Positions 23,953-37,300 of a stretch of 64,000 bases of DNA are shown in pieces (position 1 is the stretch's first letter; each line of letters starts with the position of its first letter). Origin of the DNA: Selaginella moellendorffii (Eukaryota; Plantae; Lycopodiophyta). The notes beneath the pieces were generated by a model that searched no databases, was not told the origin of the DNA, and worked only from the letters and a program-made list of their open reading frames with translations. A program made the position numbers and the translations under genes. Location of the stretch: contig NW_003314329.1 of assembly GCF_000143415.4 (NCBI RefSeq), positions 453,421 to 517,420 of the forward strand. The letters are read 5' to 3'.

Positions 23953-26900
23953 GCTTGCACCACCTAGCATACGCTTTGCCAACTTCACTGTTCTCAGACA
24001 CTAATATCAGAAGAGGTTTCTGTGACTGAAGCTTTGATATTAAGTTCATTGTGAACAAACATTTCCATTTACCATGGGAAAGATAGTGACATTTCAGGCT
24101 CCATGTCAGTCCCATCTTCTTTCTTATACCCTTGAAACTTGAAGTCCCGAAAGTGACAGTCTGAGACAGTGAAGATGAGCTTGTAGTAAGGTGGTGGCAC
24201 ACTATCTCCGAGTGAATACCAGCAATCATATTTCTGCACCACCTCCAGGAACTAGAGTGTGGAAGGAAACTTTACAAACACCAAGACAAGTGAACATGGA
24301 GCTGTTTAAGGACTTAAGCCTCTTCATACTCTAGTGTTAAGTATCATTGTGGCCGTCTGGAGGTTTGTCCTCCTCAGCACTAACCTTGTTGGCAGTGTTA
24401 TATTATTCTCCATCACACTACCCACTTATTCTTGTTTCCTGCCAAATCCTTTTTTTGTATTTGTTCTCCAATGAGGGATGAAGGCTATTGTATTTAATTA
24501 ATCACATTTAGTTTAAAACAAAAGGAAACCCATAATCTTGACTTTGTATTAGCAAACACATTTTAGCCCTTTGACATGGAACCCAAAAAATTTTATGATC
24601 CAAAGAGCACATATAAGGGATCATGATATATAGGGCAATCTAGCAACTTGGAAATGGCCGAATACAAGTTGACAAAACAACCTTTGTCAAGGCTTGCCAA
24701 TCCTATGGATTTCTCCTTATCGATTACATGGAATTTCTTATCCTTCAATGGCTTTCTGGGGTTTCTTGCACACTGACTTCCCAGTAATGCCTTTTGGTAC
24801 TCAACGATTTCAACTCAAAAACCGGGAGTTGCTTTCCGGTGTTTCCAAATCCTTGATTGTGTAATCACCTGCAGCTTCCTGTGGACGAAAAACTTCCCAG
24901 AGAATGTGTGGGCCTCATTGGCAGAAGTCCTTGACATTTCATGTCCCTGCCTCTGGTAATTACCAAATCCTCCACAAAGATGGAACTGAACTTCAACATA
25001 AACTACAACACAAAGTATTGCATTCAGGTCGAGCTCTTTTTGTTGTAAACAAGCGGAAGGTAGTGGATGATGAAAGGATATGCTCAGATATCATCATAGT
25101 TCTATATATACTATATCAAAAGCAATATAGCCTACTTGAATCTATGAGGTGGCAAGACATGCCATGTAAACCTCTTCTTTAATATTCTCCCTTGCTCTAT
25201 TAGACATGAGAGCATCATCAAAATCTCTTGCTAAAGCACAGCAGGGTCTCTCTCCCTCTCCATTCTCATCCCATCCAAGCCAGATCTAAAGCTCTCTTTG
25301 TGCTCCTTATCAGGTGACACGTTGCATAGAGGGCTCTCTCTAACAATGTATGATCCACACCTACAGAAGTAAAAGAGGAGGGAACATACCCAAGAAGATA
25401 ATCTGGATATCTCCATCTCTCATAAGTTCTTTCACTCTCTTCTCTCCTTTGTAAAAATAGATCTCTCAATGCTGTGAAGATCAAGAAACTGGGAAAGCAA
25501 TATGACAAGCTGATTTCCTACATCCCTGGAATGGAGCTAAAATCGCTAGACATTCTGCTCTTCATGCACGATGGAGAATTCGAGAAAGTCGGGGAAGAAC
25601 AATCACAGGCTCCAGTGCTGCAAATATCAAGAATCCAATGTGACATTCGAGGTGAGCATCTTGTTCTTCACTTTGCATCATCTTCTAGTCTGATTTTCTC
25701 TCTGTGAAGTCAAACCACACAGCATCAAAGAGCTACTTTATGCGTCCTCCAAACTGAATCAGCAAACCAAGTCTATGCAACTGGTATGAGTTTGTCTGGG
25801 CCTTCAGTTTTTTACTCTTTCCCATCCTATGGCAGTTGTCAAGTTAGTGGAGCCGCCAAGAGAGTGAAGCAAAAGCAACGCACTTCCCAAAGTAGCCCAG
25901 CATCACTTGCAGCTTGGCCACGCTGTCCCATCACCACCACCAACTATGCGCCCCACCACCACTGTCAGCTGTGCCTCTCCACCACCACCACTGCTGCCAA
26001 CGACTGCCACCACTGAAATTAACTACAATTTTAATCTTTGCTTTTTAATTTTCATTTGGCCACAGCTTTAGGATTATTGTTAATCCCTCACCAACTAATT
26101 ATACTTAGTCTAAAACAAAGAAAAACCCATGATCTTAACTTTGTCTCAGTACACTTTAACCCTTTGACATCATCCCAGAAATGATTGTGCTCTATCTTAG
26201 AGCATCTTTTGCTCTCTTGAATAAACTATTATATTTAGTGTTTTCGGATTTTCACTTCCTTTTTTTTTTTGCTAGCTTCATGGTAGGAGTAGGCCAATTT
26301 TCTTTTTGGTGCTTCCTCTCTCCCCACTATCCAACATTTTCCACACTGGAACAAAATAACTTTTAATTTGGGAAGCCTGGTATGTTTAGCACTTATTTTT
26401 CTCCCACTCTCCATACTCACTCTTTGTTCCCATGTAATGCACAAAAAAAAAGTGGAGCGAAATTCCAAGATGAGTGAGTCTAGAGAAATCTTTTCTGTCT
26501 AGGGACTTGAGCTTCCCTATGCTCTAATGTTAATTGTTACCACAGACATCTGGAGGTTTATCCTTGTCAGCACTAGCATTGACAATGATGCCATTATTAC
26601 TTTCCATCACACCATCCATTTATTCTTTGCTTCTTGCCAAAGCCCTCTCTTGTATTTCATTTCTCATGATTGATACAATGGCCTCCATCCCTTATGATGG
26701 AAAATCACCTCAATGGTCACAGCCCTAGGACTATTGCTAATCCCCCACCACACTTTCTAAAACAAAGGGAAACCTATCTTGGTCGCAAGCACACTCTGGC
26801 CTACCATCCAACCAGCTAGAGTTTTTCAATCTCCTCCATCCAAGGTTTGAGGACCTTGGATGTATATAAACACAAAGCACAAGCTTGGTCCTCTAGATCA

Positions 26901-27665
26901 CCCACTTGCCATCCTTGGCTTGAAGAACCAATAGTGCCCAAAGTATGTCTTCCTAATCTTGGGTGATCCTACTAAGTAAAATTGCGATTTATGAACCTTC
27001 ACCCCTTCATCTACATAGTAGCCACTCCCTTGGTGTTCTAAACCAGGAATGTGAAAATGAAATTGGACAGGCCCAAGTCCTCCTTAACCAGTTTCACCCA
27101 TTGAACTACCTATACTGATTCTTGTGTGTGTTAGCTTAGATTCTGAAAAGGAAATCAATGTCAAATGGAGCCACAATGGAAGCAACTTTTAGCCAGGGAA
27201 ACTGGCATGAGGACATGCTTGCTTCACATAGCACTAGAAGCCCTTGGTCATGCTAGCTCCCCTATTAATGCCAGGACCAAGGGAACCATGTTGATCAAGC
27301 TTTTATAGTTGCAAAAGTGTGTAGGTGTTTGTAGAGTAAATCTTTTCTTTAGATCTATTAACATGATATCAGAGGGATAGAGCTATCAATTGATTTACTT
27401 TATTCAATTCTTGATATTAATTTCTCTTATATGAATTAAATATCCTGGATAAAAATTTAGTAAATTATAATTTATTTTTTCATGAATTGAAGGTGATAAT
27501 TAAGAGCACCCCAAAACCCTAGATTATAGCTCAATTTGAACCAACATGATAACTACCAGCTCACTATAATGCTGTATCACTAGATATAGTCCTTTCCACT
27601 AGGCAAAGAATCTATTGCACAAACCATATACCATAATATTAAGAAAATAAATTAGTACTAAGTCA

Positions 27666-30600
27666 TTGTCACAAATGTAAAAATGAGTATCAAAAGTGAC
27701 CTATAGCCACAACAGTAAGATGTTAATATTGCTATACCCTTTATCAATCTCTGCCTAAGTTAATTGAGAAGTTGGTCAATATATATGCACTTAGACATGA
27801 AAGACACTAAGGAAAGAAATTCTAAGTTAGTGTTGGGAACTCTCATGATATTAAGCTTAGTCTCTCAACATTTATTATGTGATATCTTACCATGTCCACC
27901 AATACACTTTTGTTATCATGCTTTATATATTAGGTGTCTTATTGGCTATTTATTGAAAGTGTGCAAATTTGCTAGCTAGACATATCTATAGAATGTAGAA
28001 ATTGTCTTAAATATGATAGTATTATTTTTGTGCCTAGATTCATAATTTAATACAATTCCATATGTAATAAATTTTTGTGATTACGGGTTTTGGTGAAAGT
28101 CTAAAGCATGCTTTGCAGGGAAGGGGTTCGAGGGTTTCAAATGTATAGTAGGGATAGAGCATTTAGTTTCCCAATGCTAAGATTAGCATGTAAAACAAAA
28201 TCAAATAGAGTTTAGTGCCATTTTAACTTAATGCAAGGATACTAGGTAGTATGATATGAAGCTTGGGGTTAGACAAAAGCCAAACTCAAAAGAAAAATGG
28301 ATATGCCTAGTGGGGAGCCATAAAATATCTTTGGTTAGTACTTGACTATTCTAATGTCATTTAGTGCTCTTGCTCCTTCACTCTTTAATTGTATGCTTGG
28401 GAGTTGTTTTGTATTTTAATTCCTTCACTCTTTGGTTATATGCTTTAGAATTTAGCTCTATTCCTTCATTCAATGGCTCAAAACTTTGAAACTTTCCAAT
28501 CCATTGCTCTTAGCAATCGTAAAGGGTGAAAACTACATATGCTACATTTGGTATTAGAAGATACATTTCAATGATTACCATCTAATGAAATTGGGAAACT
28601 AATCTTGTTGAATACATTGAGATGGAAATAATGATTCAAGTAGGTACACATTTGATTGCCATAGCTTCATATGGATTTGGTTACTAAGTTGTACTATATT
28701 ATGTGAACTTTTTCTTTGGATTTGAGATGTACTATTTGCATAAGTTTACGCTTGGGCTCATGAGTGAGGCACATTAGCAATTTAAAGTTACACTTTCAGT
28801 TGGTAGAATTAATATTAGCTCATTAGTGGTTACCATGGCTTGTTACTATATTATCATAGGTAAAAGTAAACCTCCTTTGGATTTGTTATAAATGGCAAAC
28901 AGGCTAGTCTCACAACACTAGTGGGTCCTTTCTAGATATGATTTAAATGGATCAATCAAGATTATAGGGATTAGTTTATTAGTTCAAGTAGTTAATGTTG
29001 TGCTCTTATATAAACTTTTCTTAAATTAGACTAAAGATAGTGTAAATGCAAACTTGAGATTTAATCAAAGTTAAGACAGAAAATAAAGTTTTTAGGGATG
29101 AAGGATCAAACACATAAATCATTACTAGCACACATAGTTTTTACTCTTTATTCTATGGTAATTTACTATAAGATAACCACAAAGTAAAACCTAGATTGGA
29201 TATATAACCCAAGGGCAATAGTATGGAACCCAAGTTTTAAGGCCTTAGGCCACTAAATGGAGTCAAACTCTCAAACATATAACTAAAGAGCAAAAGAATT
29301 AGAGCATAGAACAATTCTTAAACATATAAACTAAGGAGCAAAAGGATAGGAGCATAGACTAATATTGGAACAATTTTAAAGTATCTAACATCCCAATGTT
29401 AGGATTAGTATATGAAATAAAGCCAAATGGATTCTAGTGTTATTTTAGCATATTGATGGCATAATGTGAGGATATAGGTATTTTATTAGTTAGCATGGTA
29501 TGGAGTTTGAGCTTAGACCCAAGTTAAACCCATAATAAAGACATTCACGCAAGTAGAGAGCAAATTGTACCATAAGTTAATCGGCCATACCCAACCTACC
29601 CACTATTCTTACTATACATTTGGATATCTCGATGAAGATGGTGTTGATAGTTTGGCTATCTCTTTATATTATTAGCATTTATGCATTTGCTAGTTAACAA
29701 CTATGTTAGTGTTTAAAAAAGCTGAGTAGCAAGTTGGGTTAAATGTGTTCTAAACAAGATTGTTTAATAAAGGTTAAGTTTTAGCTTTTCTTTAAAAAGT
29801 GATTTAGTTATAATCTATATTAGCTTTGTGAGAAGAAGAGTTAGTGATTGATTTTAGTTATTAAATCTTTTCTGGATTTGAGTTAAGATTATATCATTCA
29901 TTATTAATTCATATTGCACTTGTTATAAAGTGAATTACATTTCACTATGGATAGATGGATTTATTTTTAGAGGCTCTATTCCAGATGGATTCATGGATTT
30001 CATCTATCCCTATATTTCAGTCCCATTGGCTATTTTTGGAAAGTACTTATTATGAACACTATAGTGTTCTTGTGTCCCAATTTGCAATTTAGCACCATTC
30101 CATATTTAATAAGTTTTCAAGATTGTCACAAAGACTAACTCTTGGGACTTGGGTGAAAGCCTAAAGCATGTGGTTAATCAAGGTCAAAGATACTATACTT
30201 AGTATTCAAAATCAATTCTTCAATAAAACTCAATTATATATAACAGATCATCAAAAAGTGAATCACGAAATCTAAATACAATCCAATACTACAACAAGAT
30301 AATAGTAGTAGAGGTCAAACTAAAAACTATAAAAGCTCAAGAATAAAAAGAGAAGATGATTTATATTTAATCCTTCATCTTTGATGACTCTCTTTTCAGA
30401 CACAACTTGACTAAACCTCAAACTTGTGTTTTACATTACCTTCAGTCTAATCTAAGAAATATTTATGAGAAAGTATAATAATGACTACATGAATCAATAG
30501 ACTAATCCCTACTATCTTGATTAATCCACTCATAATCATGAGGAAGGATCTATTAGTGCCGTGCTTAACAACTATAGACTAGACTATTTCCCATTTATAG

Positions 30601-30790
30601 CAAACTTAGGAAAGGTTATTTTTACTTATAATAGCATGGAACTCCTCATGGTAACCACTAATAAGCTAACATTAATCCTACCAACTGAAAGTGTACCTTT
30701 AAGTTGCTAATGTACCTTGCTTTCAAGCCCAAGTGTAAACTTATGTAAATAGTATATCTCAACTCCATTTTATAAACCCAAGTGTAAACT
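27666..30790. mobile_element. Scrambled, old fragments of LTR family L in both orientations
   Basis: Degenerate LTR ~27666-28546 with PBS tttggtattagaag, internal start to ~29150, inverted LTR piece ~29170-29620, and inverted internal start ~30350-30790. All resemble 31338-33070. Confidence 0.7.
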
Positions 30791-31337
30791 CATACAATAA
30801 GGTACACCCAACTGATTTCATATTTGAAATGGAGAATTCAGATTAGGTGTCACTTCTTGTAGTAACACCAAAGAAGGGAGGGAAATGGAGAATACATAAG
30901 TGGTTAGTATAAGAAATAATAAATATGGTTTTGGCAAAGACCTAGACACAAGTGAAAAGTGTCATGAGGTTAAACTCATAGAGCTAATAGTGTGAAGACA
31001 TCAAATATCAAAAGGATGATGCCTTGAGGTCAAGTTGGCTAGGTTATGAAAACCCCTTGCCAAGAGAATCCCTAAAAATGGGATTAGCATAGCCTAAACT
31101 AGAAGGTATAGGATTTGTATGTTTAGACTAAATATTGAGAGGTGTGAAAGCATTATAATAAGTTGTAGGACTTGATAAGTATAAAAAAACTAAGTAAAGT
31201 TTGATATAATTGATTGAATGGTGGAAACTAACTTCCTAAACCTGCTTATCAAAATAAAAAGAAGGTTAAATACATTTCCTTAAGGATTGAGTCAATGTCG
31301 TAATAAGAAACACGAAGTCTATCATTAGGACACTTAG

Positions 31338-34300
31338 TGTCGCAAATGTGACTTCGGGTATCGAAAGATACTTGTTGGCCAGTCCTTACGGACACTCTTA
31401 CCTTACTACCACGATGGTAGGAGGTCGGTATTGCTGGACCCTTTATTAATCCCTCTTGTTCAAGTGTTAGTAAACTGGACTTTGCATCTGTACTTGGCCG
31501 GATGAGCATAAGGAAAGAATTCCTAAGTGTCTATTTAGCTGAGCATACTCGGTCCGGCTTGTTAGTTCTCTTTTGCTATGTCTTGCACTGGCTTGACAAG
31601 AACCCTCGCGTATTGAGATTGGTCCCTCAATATCGCTACATGATAGCTTACCGTGTCTGCCAAACACCCTCGCTATCATGCCCTTTGTGTTGGTCTCATT
31701 TCGGTCCCAAATGCTATTTATGGAAAGTGTCCAGATTTGCTCATTTGGCATATCTACGGAATGTAGAGATCGGCCTGAACACAATGGTGTTCGTCCCGTA
31801 TCCAAATTCGCAATCTAAGGACATTCTATATTTAGTAAGTTTCGAGCTTGTCCCAGAGACTAACCCCTGATACTAAAGGAGGCTTAGGGTGAAAGCCCAA
31901 AGTGTGTGTTCCTCAAGGGGGGGGGGGGGGGGGGGCTATGGGGGGTTCCAAATGTTTAGTAGGGATAGTGGGTAAGTCAGGGGGCTGTGGGGGGTTCCAA
32001 ATGTATAGTAGGGATAGTGGGTAGGTCGGGCATGGCCGACCAACCTGAGGCATAGTCTAGCTCCCGCTTGCGTGCCTGTCCTTGTTCTGCGTCCGGCTTG
32101 GGTCTAAGCTCAAGTTCCATTCCATGCTAATTGGTGGAGTACCCATATCCTCACGTTAGGCCACCGGTATGCCGAAATAGCGCCAGACTCCGTTCGGCTC
32201 CATTTTGTGTGCTAGTCCTGGCATTGGGATGCTGGTTGCTCCAGGACTGTTCCAAGTCGCTTCGGGCTCCTGTCCCTTCGCTCCTTGGGCTGTTTGCTCG
32301 GGAGTTGTTCCATGGTTCGGTTCCGTCACTCCTTGGCTTCATGCTTGGAAGTTTGGCACCGTTCCTTCGTTCAGTGGCCCAAGGCCCTAAACCTCGGGTT
32401 CCTATGGACACATGGCACAAAGAGGGTTTAGGTTCCGCTTCGTGGTGTTATCCTATGGTAAATCACCATAGGATAAAGGGTCAAAACCACGTGCGCTACA
32501 TTTGAGTCTCAGCGATACTATCCAATGAGATTGGGCAACTAGTCTCGTTGCATACGCAAAGATGAAAACAATGATCCGAGTGGGTACACGTTTGGGTGCA
32601 AAGGCTTCGCATTTGTTCCTTGGGTATGGATTTGGTACCGTTTTGTTCCAAATTATGTGAGTTGTTCCATTTACACGAGTTTGCACTTGGGCTCGTGAGT
32701 GAGGCACATTAGCAACTCGAGGTTACACTTTGAGTTGGCAGGATTAATGTTAGCCTATTAGTGGTTCCATGAGTTGTTCCATGTACCATGGGTGAAAGCA
32801 AACCTCCCTAGGTTTGCTATGAGTGGCAAATAGGCTGGTTCGTAGCTGTTTAGCATGGCATTAGTGGATCCTTCCTAGGTATGATTATAAGTGGATCAAT
32901 CAAGACTATAAGGATTAGTCTATTGGTTCAAGTAGTCATGGCCGTGCTCTCTCATAAACTTTTCTTGGATTGAACTAAAGGCAGTGTGAAAGCAAGCTTG
33001 AGGTTTGGTCAAAGATGAGACCGAGAAGAGAGTCATCGAGGACGGAGGATCAAATACGTAAATCATTTTCTCTTCTTGGAGAGATGATTTGCAACGAAGT
33101 GTTAACTCATTGCTTGTGTTCACATCATGCAATCAAGAGTCTCTATCTTGATGCATGTTGGAGATGGTGGTCTTACAATGGTAAGTTGTGGGATGGATAG
33201 CGGTGAAGTGCTATACCATTTTGTCTAGGCTTGCTATTGGAAGACTTGGGTTGCAATGCTCAATTCTTTTCTAGGGAACTTTGTTATTGCTCCTTGAGTA
33301 GCTTGGTGTTGGATTAGTGTTGAGTTTGGTCGGAAAGAGAGTGGCATGAGCTTGTCCGTGTTGTGAACAAAAGTTAGTGATGTTAGGTGTTGTAAATCTC
33401 TATTTGATGGTGTGTGGCATTTATGTTGCATTTTGTTGAATCGAGTTGGCACTTGATATTCACATAAACCTTTGTAGTAGTGACATGGGCATTGCTCATA
33501 GTGTTGCTTGATTAATGATCAAGTCATTGTGATTTATATCATATCCATGTGATAATGAGCAATGTGTTTACGAAGTTGCTTGGGTAAATGATGATCAACC
33601 CCAAAGTGGTTGATAGAGAAGCTAGTCTACTTGCACAAAGTAGCATTGTAGTAGCTTTGACTGGATTCTCGATGGTGATCCATTGTGCTAAGCTTAAGTT
33701 GGTACCTTGTTTCCTTGAGTTTGCCCATTGGTGTTGGAAAAGGGTTATAGCATTCACTTGCTATGACTTGTCAGTTGATCCGTTAGCACTTGGAGTAAAT
33801 TGTTGGATGGAGAAGGTATGTAGTTGAGGCATTGACTTGCTAGCCAGTGGTGTTAGTGGAAGTGGCATTGTTATTTCGAGTGATGAGGAATTTTCCTTAG
33901 ACCTTGATTTTTCATGTCATTTTTCTTGTTAGTGTTTTGGCTTCACATTGGATCTTGAAGGTGATTGAAGAAGAGTGTTAGTGCAATGTGGATATCCGAA
34001 GATGTGGTCTTCATGATCAAGCCTTGGATGTTCATTTTGCACTTTGCGAATGTCTGTGTTGGATATCGGTTAGATGGGCAAAGATGTTCAATGCTTAAGC
34101 ATATTATGGGTCATGAGAATTTGTGTTGAGGTGAACCTATGTGAAGTTGTTAGTAGGAGGAAGTTAGTTGAGTCTTAAAAGTTTGCATTCCTGGACTGAG
34201 AGTCATTCTTTCTCGAGGATGGAAAATTTTCCACAAATTTTCTTAGACTTTTCCAATGGCTAATCTGTTGGTCACTTTGCTTGAAAACCATTCCGTTTTT

Positions 34301-37300
34301 GTAAGCCAGTATAAACTAGTGAAGAGGTTGGAGTTGACTTTGGTTGGCTTGAACCTTAGTAAATAGTTTATATGATGCGGCCTGAAAGGGATGCTGACTT
34401 TTGGGGCTAAGGCAATTGGGTGTAGAAAAGTGGTTGTTGCACTTTTCTAAGAAGGGTGACCCTTGTGCCTTTCTTTTGTAGCATTATGCTCGGTGGCAGG
34501 TTGCACCTTGCATTTTGTTAAGACTCTATGAGAGTAGTAAGCTCTCACTGATCTTGACTTGGTCTTGGTGGCCCTGCGCCTTGGCTAAGGATGGTGATGT
34601 CCAACTTAGTTGTTTGCAAGTTGAAATGTTGGTACCCGTATTATAGCTTTGTTTATAAGGGGGTTGTGTACCGATATGAGTCCATTTCGTGGTCTTCACT
34701 TTAGTTTCGACTAAGTGTTGATTACGCATAGCTAGCCTCTTCAAGGCATGCTCAGAGCTATTGGCTAAATGCATTAGTGAGCTTATTGCGGTTAAGTTGG
34801 ATTCGAGTAGTCATTTAGTTCGTGCTTGTCCATGAACCTTTATCTCATGCCTGGGGTATCACATTTATGTTGGACAAAGTATATAACTTGATGACAAAAG
34901 TTGGTGTTTGGGTCTTGTGAAGGCAAGTTGAGGAGTGATTGTTAGTTGCTTTGTGACTAGTGATTACTTGTAGACTTTGTCAAGGATTGTTGACACTTGC
35001 TTTGCTCGGTGATGATTTAGCAGTGATGGGTTTGTTTTACCTGGTGGTGTTGTGGAGGATCGTGTTGTTAAACTTACATGAGTTTTTCATGTTGGCATGT
35101 CGACTTTACCTCTGTTGATATCATTTGGTTACATTTAGTCCGTAGTGTTAGATTTCATTGAGTCATGGATGTGGTGAATCACTCCTTGATGATGTGTTAT
35201 CTGTAACTGAGTATTGTTGGAGGATTGGTCTCGGATACTAACTAAGGTGTCTTCGACTTTGGTTAGCTTGGTTGCTAGAAAGCTTTGAGTGGTGATTCAC
35301 TCTTGCTTTCTTCTAGCTTTGTTATGGTGTTGATGACATTGAAGTGATGCCCTATTGTTGACATCGTTAGTATTGGGATTTAGGTGAAATGAGATGTCTC
35401 TCTTTAGGATTGATATTGAGTTTCATTAGGCTTGATGAAGATAGTGTTGATGATTTAGTTGTAACTCTATGTTGTTGGCATTCATGCATTTGCTAGTTAG
35501 CAACTGTATTGATGTTCAAATGAACTAAGTGGCAAGTTTGAGTTAGTTGTGTTCTAGATGAGATTGTTTAGTAGGGGTTGAGCTTTAGCTTTTCCTTGAA
35601 AAATGATTTAGTCATGAACTATGTTAACTTCACGAGAGGAAGAATTAGTGTTCGATATTAAACAATTTGAGTCCCTATTGGATTTGAGTTGGACTATATC
35701 GATCATTGATGATTCTTCTTGTGCTTGTTATGAAGTGAATTACGTCTTGCTATAAGATGGATTTATGGAGGATCGTTTAGTGATCACTTGTTGGGCATTG
35801 CTTAGCTTTTGGATTGATGCAGAAATGCTCTTCATTAGCTTTGGCATTATGAAGTTTGGCTTATGGATGTGTTGAGGAAGATATTATAGGTTGCACTATG
35901 ATTTCTTCTTTCGCATTGAAGTTAGCTTTTATAAGACTCGTGATCATTGTTAGACAAGACTTGGCTATAGACTTCTTTGAACTTTCGGTTCCTTGAGTTT
36001 TTATGCTCATTGTTCCATTTGTTTGAAGTTGTTGGGGAAGGCATTTTGGCTCATTAGCTTCGATGTTGAAGTTGGCTTTTGCATCTAGCAATCATTGGTG
36101 ATGATTGACTATCATCTAGGAAAGTTGATTATCCTTGTCGAAGGTTTTGCTTGATTATCGTTGATCTAGAATGATTTGCCATTCTTCGGGATGGTGGATT
36201 CTTTCTTCAATGACGATTATGCATCTCTTTATTGATGGGAAGATTGATGATCTTTCATGATGGTTAGTTGTTCTCTTTGATGGCTTATGGCTTTTCGCAA
36301 TACCACATGTTCTTTGTGGTTTGCTCTAGATTGGTTTCTTGGGTTTGAGACATTAGTAGGATGTTGCTAACACTTGCTTGAGCAACTCTGGTTCCTTGGT
36401 ATTGTTGATTGAGATCTATTCAGATTTGCTAGTGCAATAGTTGATATGAACAAGTGTTTGTTTGCTTTGCAACATTCATTTTGTTCTGTTGATTATTACT
36501 CGAGTTCGTTCTTATAGATTAGGATGTTATTTCCTTCGGGTGATACATTCGCGAGCATTGTGCTTGTTAGTCAATGATACTTTATGTTCTTTGAGTTGTG
36601 TTTTGTGAGTGGTTGGCATACTATCTGCCATTTTCGGTAGTTAAGTTTCATCATTAAGTTTCTTTGATGATCAACTAGCTATTGACTTTTGTTGGATGGT
36701 TAATCCTGTATTTACCAATTATGCTGATCTTGGTGGTTCCTGTACTATAATACTGGTTTATCGGATGATAACTTGGAATACTTTTGTGTTCTAATCTAAG
36801 ATATAGTCTCTGATAATTAAAACCCTAAGATATCATTGTCTACGACTTTGATATTGTCCATGTATTCATCTTTGAGTTTGGGCCAGTATAGGCAGACTGG
36901 TTTCGGCACTTCGTGTGCATATTGAAATCTCTAGTCATGGGGTAGCTACTATCGACTAGTCACATAACCCGCCTCTCTGTCGATGTTCCTTATTTCGTTG
37001 AAAGGGCGTGACCGTATAAACAACTCTAATAGCCTGTTTACAGTAGTCTATCTAAACCTTACCGATGGGTTTGGTTTCTTTGCTCAGGAGGGTTGGGGCC
37101 TCTGGCTCCTCTCTCTATGTCCTTGCGGGCAGGGGCGTATCACACTTTTGTAGCTGGGTGACACCCAGAGCAGCAAGGGTGGCTGACTCCGTTAGTCATT
37201 TCCTTGTCGGTGATGGCCGGAAGGTGTCTGAGTTGGTAGCGCATCCGCGTTAGACAAAGAGGTTGCCCCTTCACTCATTTAAGTTGGTGCATTTCTCACA

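Noticed and set aside
21484-23963. Antisense ORFs over the PPR gene
   Set aside because: Shadow frames of a GC-balanced coding sequence.
31502-31870. 'Conserved' ORF repeated at 37567 and 41484
   Set aside because: It lies inside L LTR copies. The similarity reflects LTR duplication and there is no protein motif.
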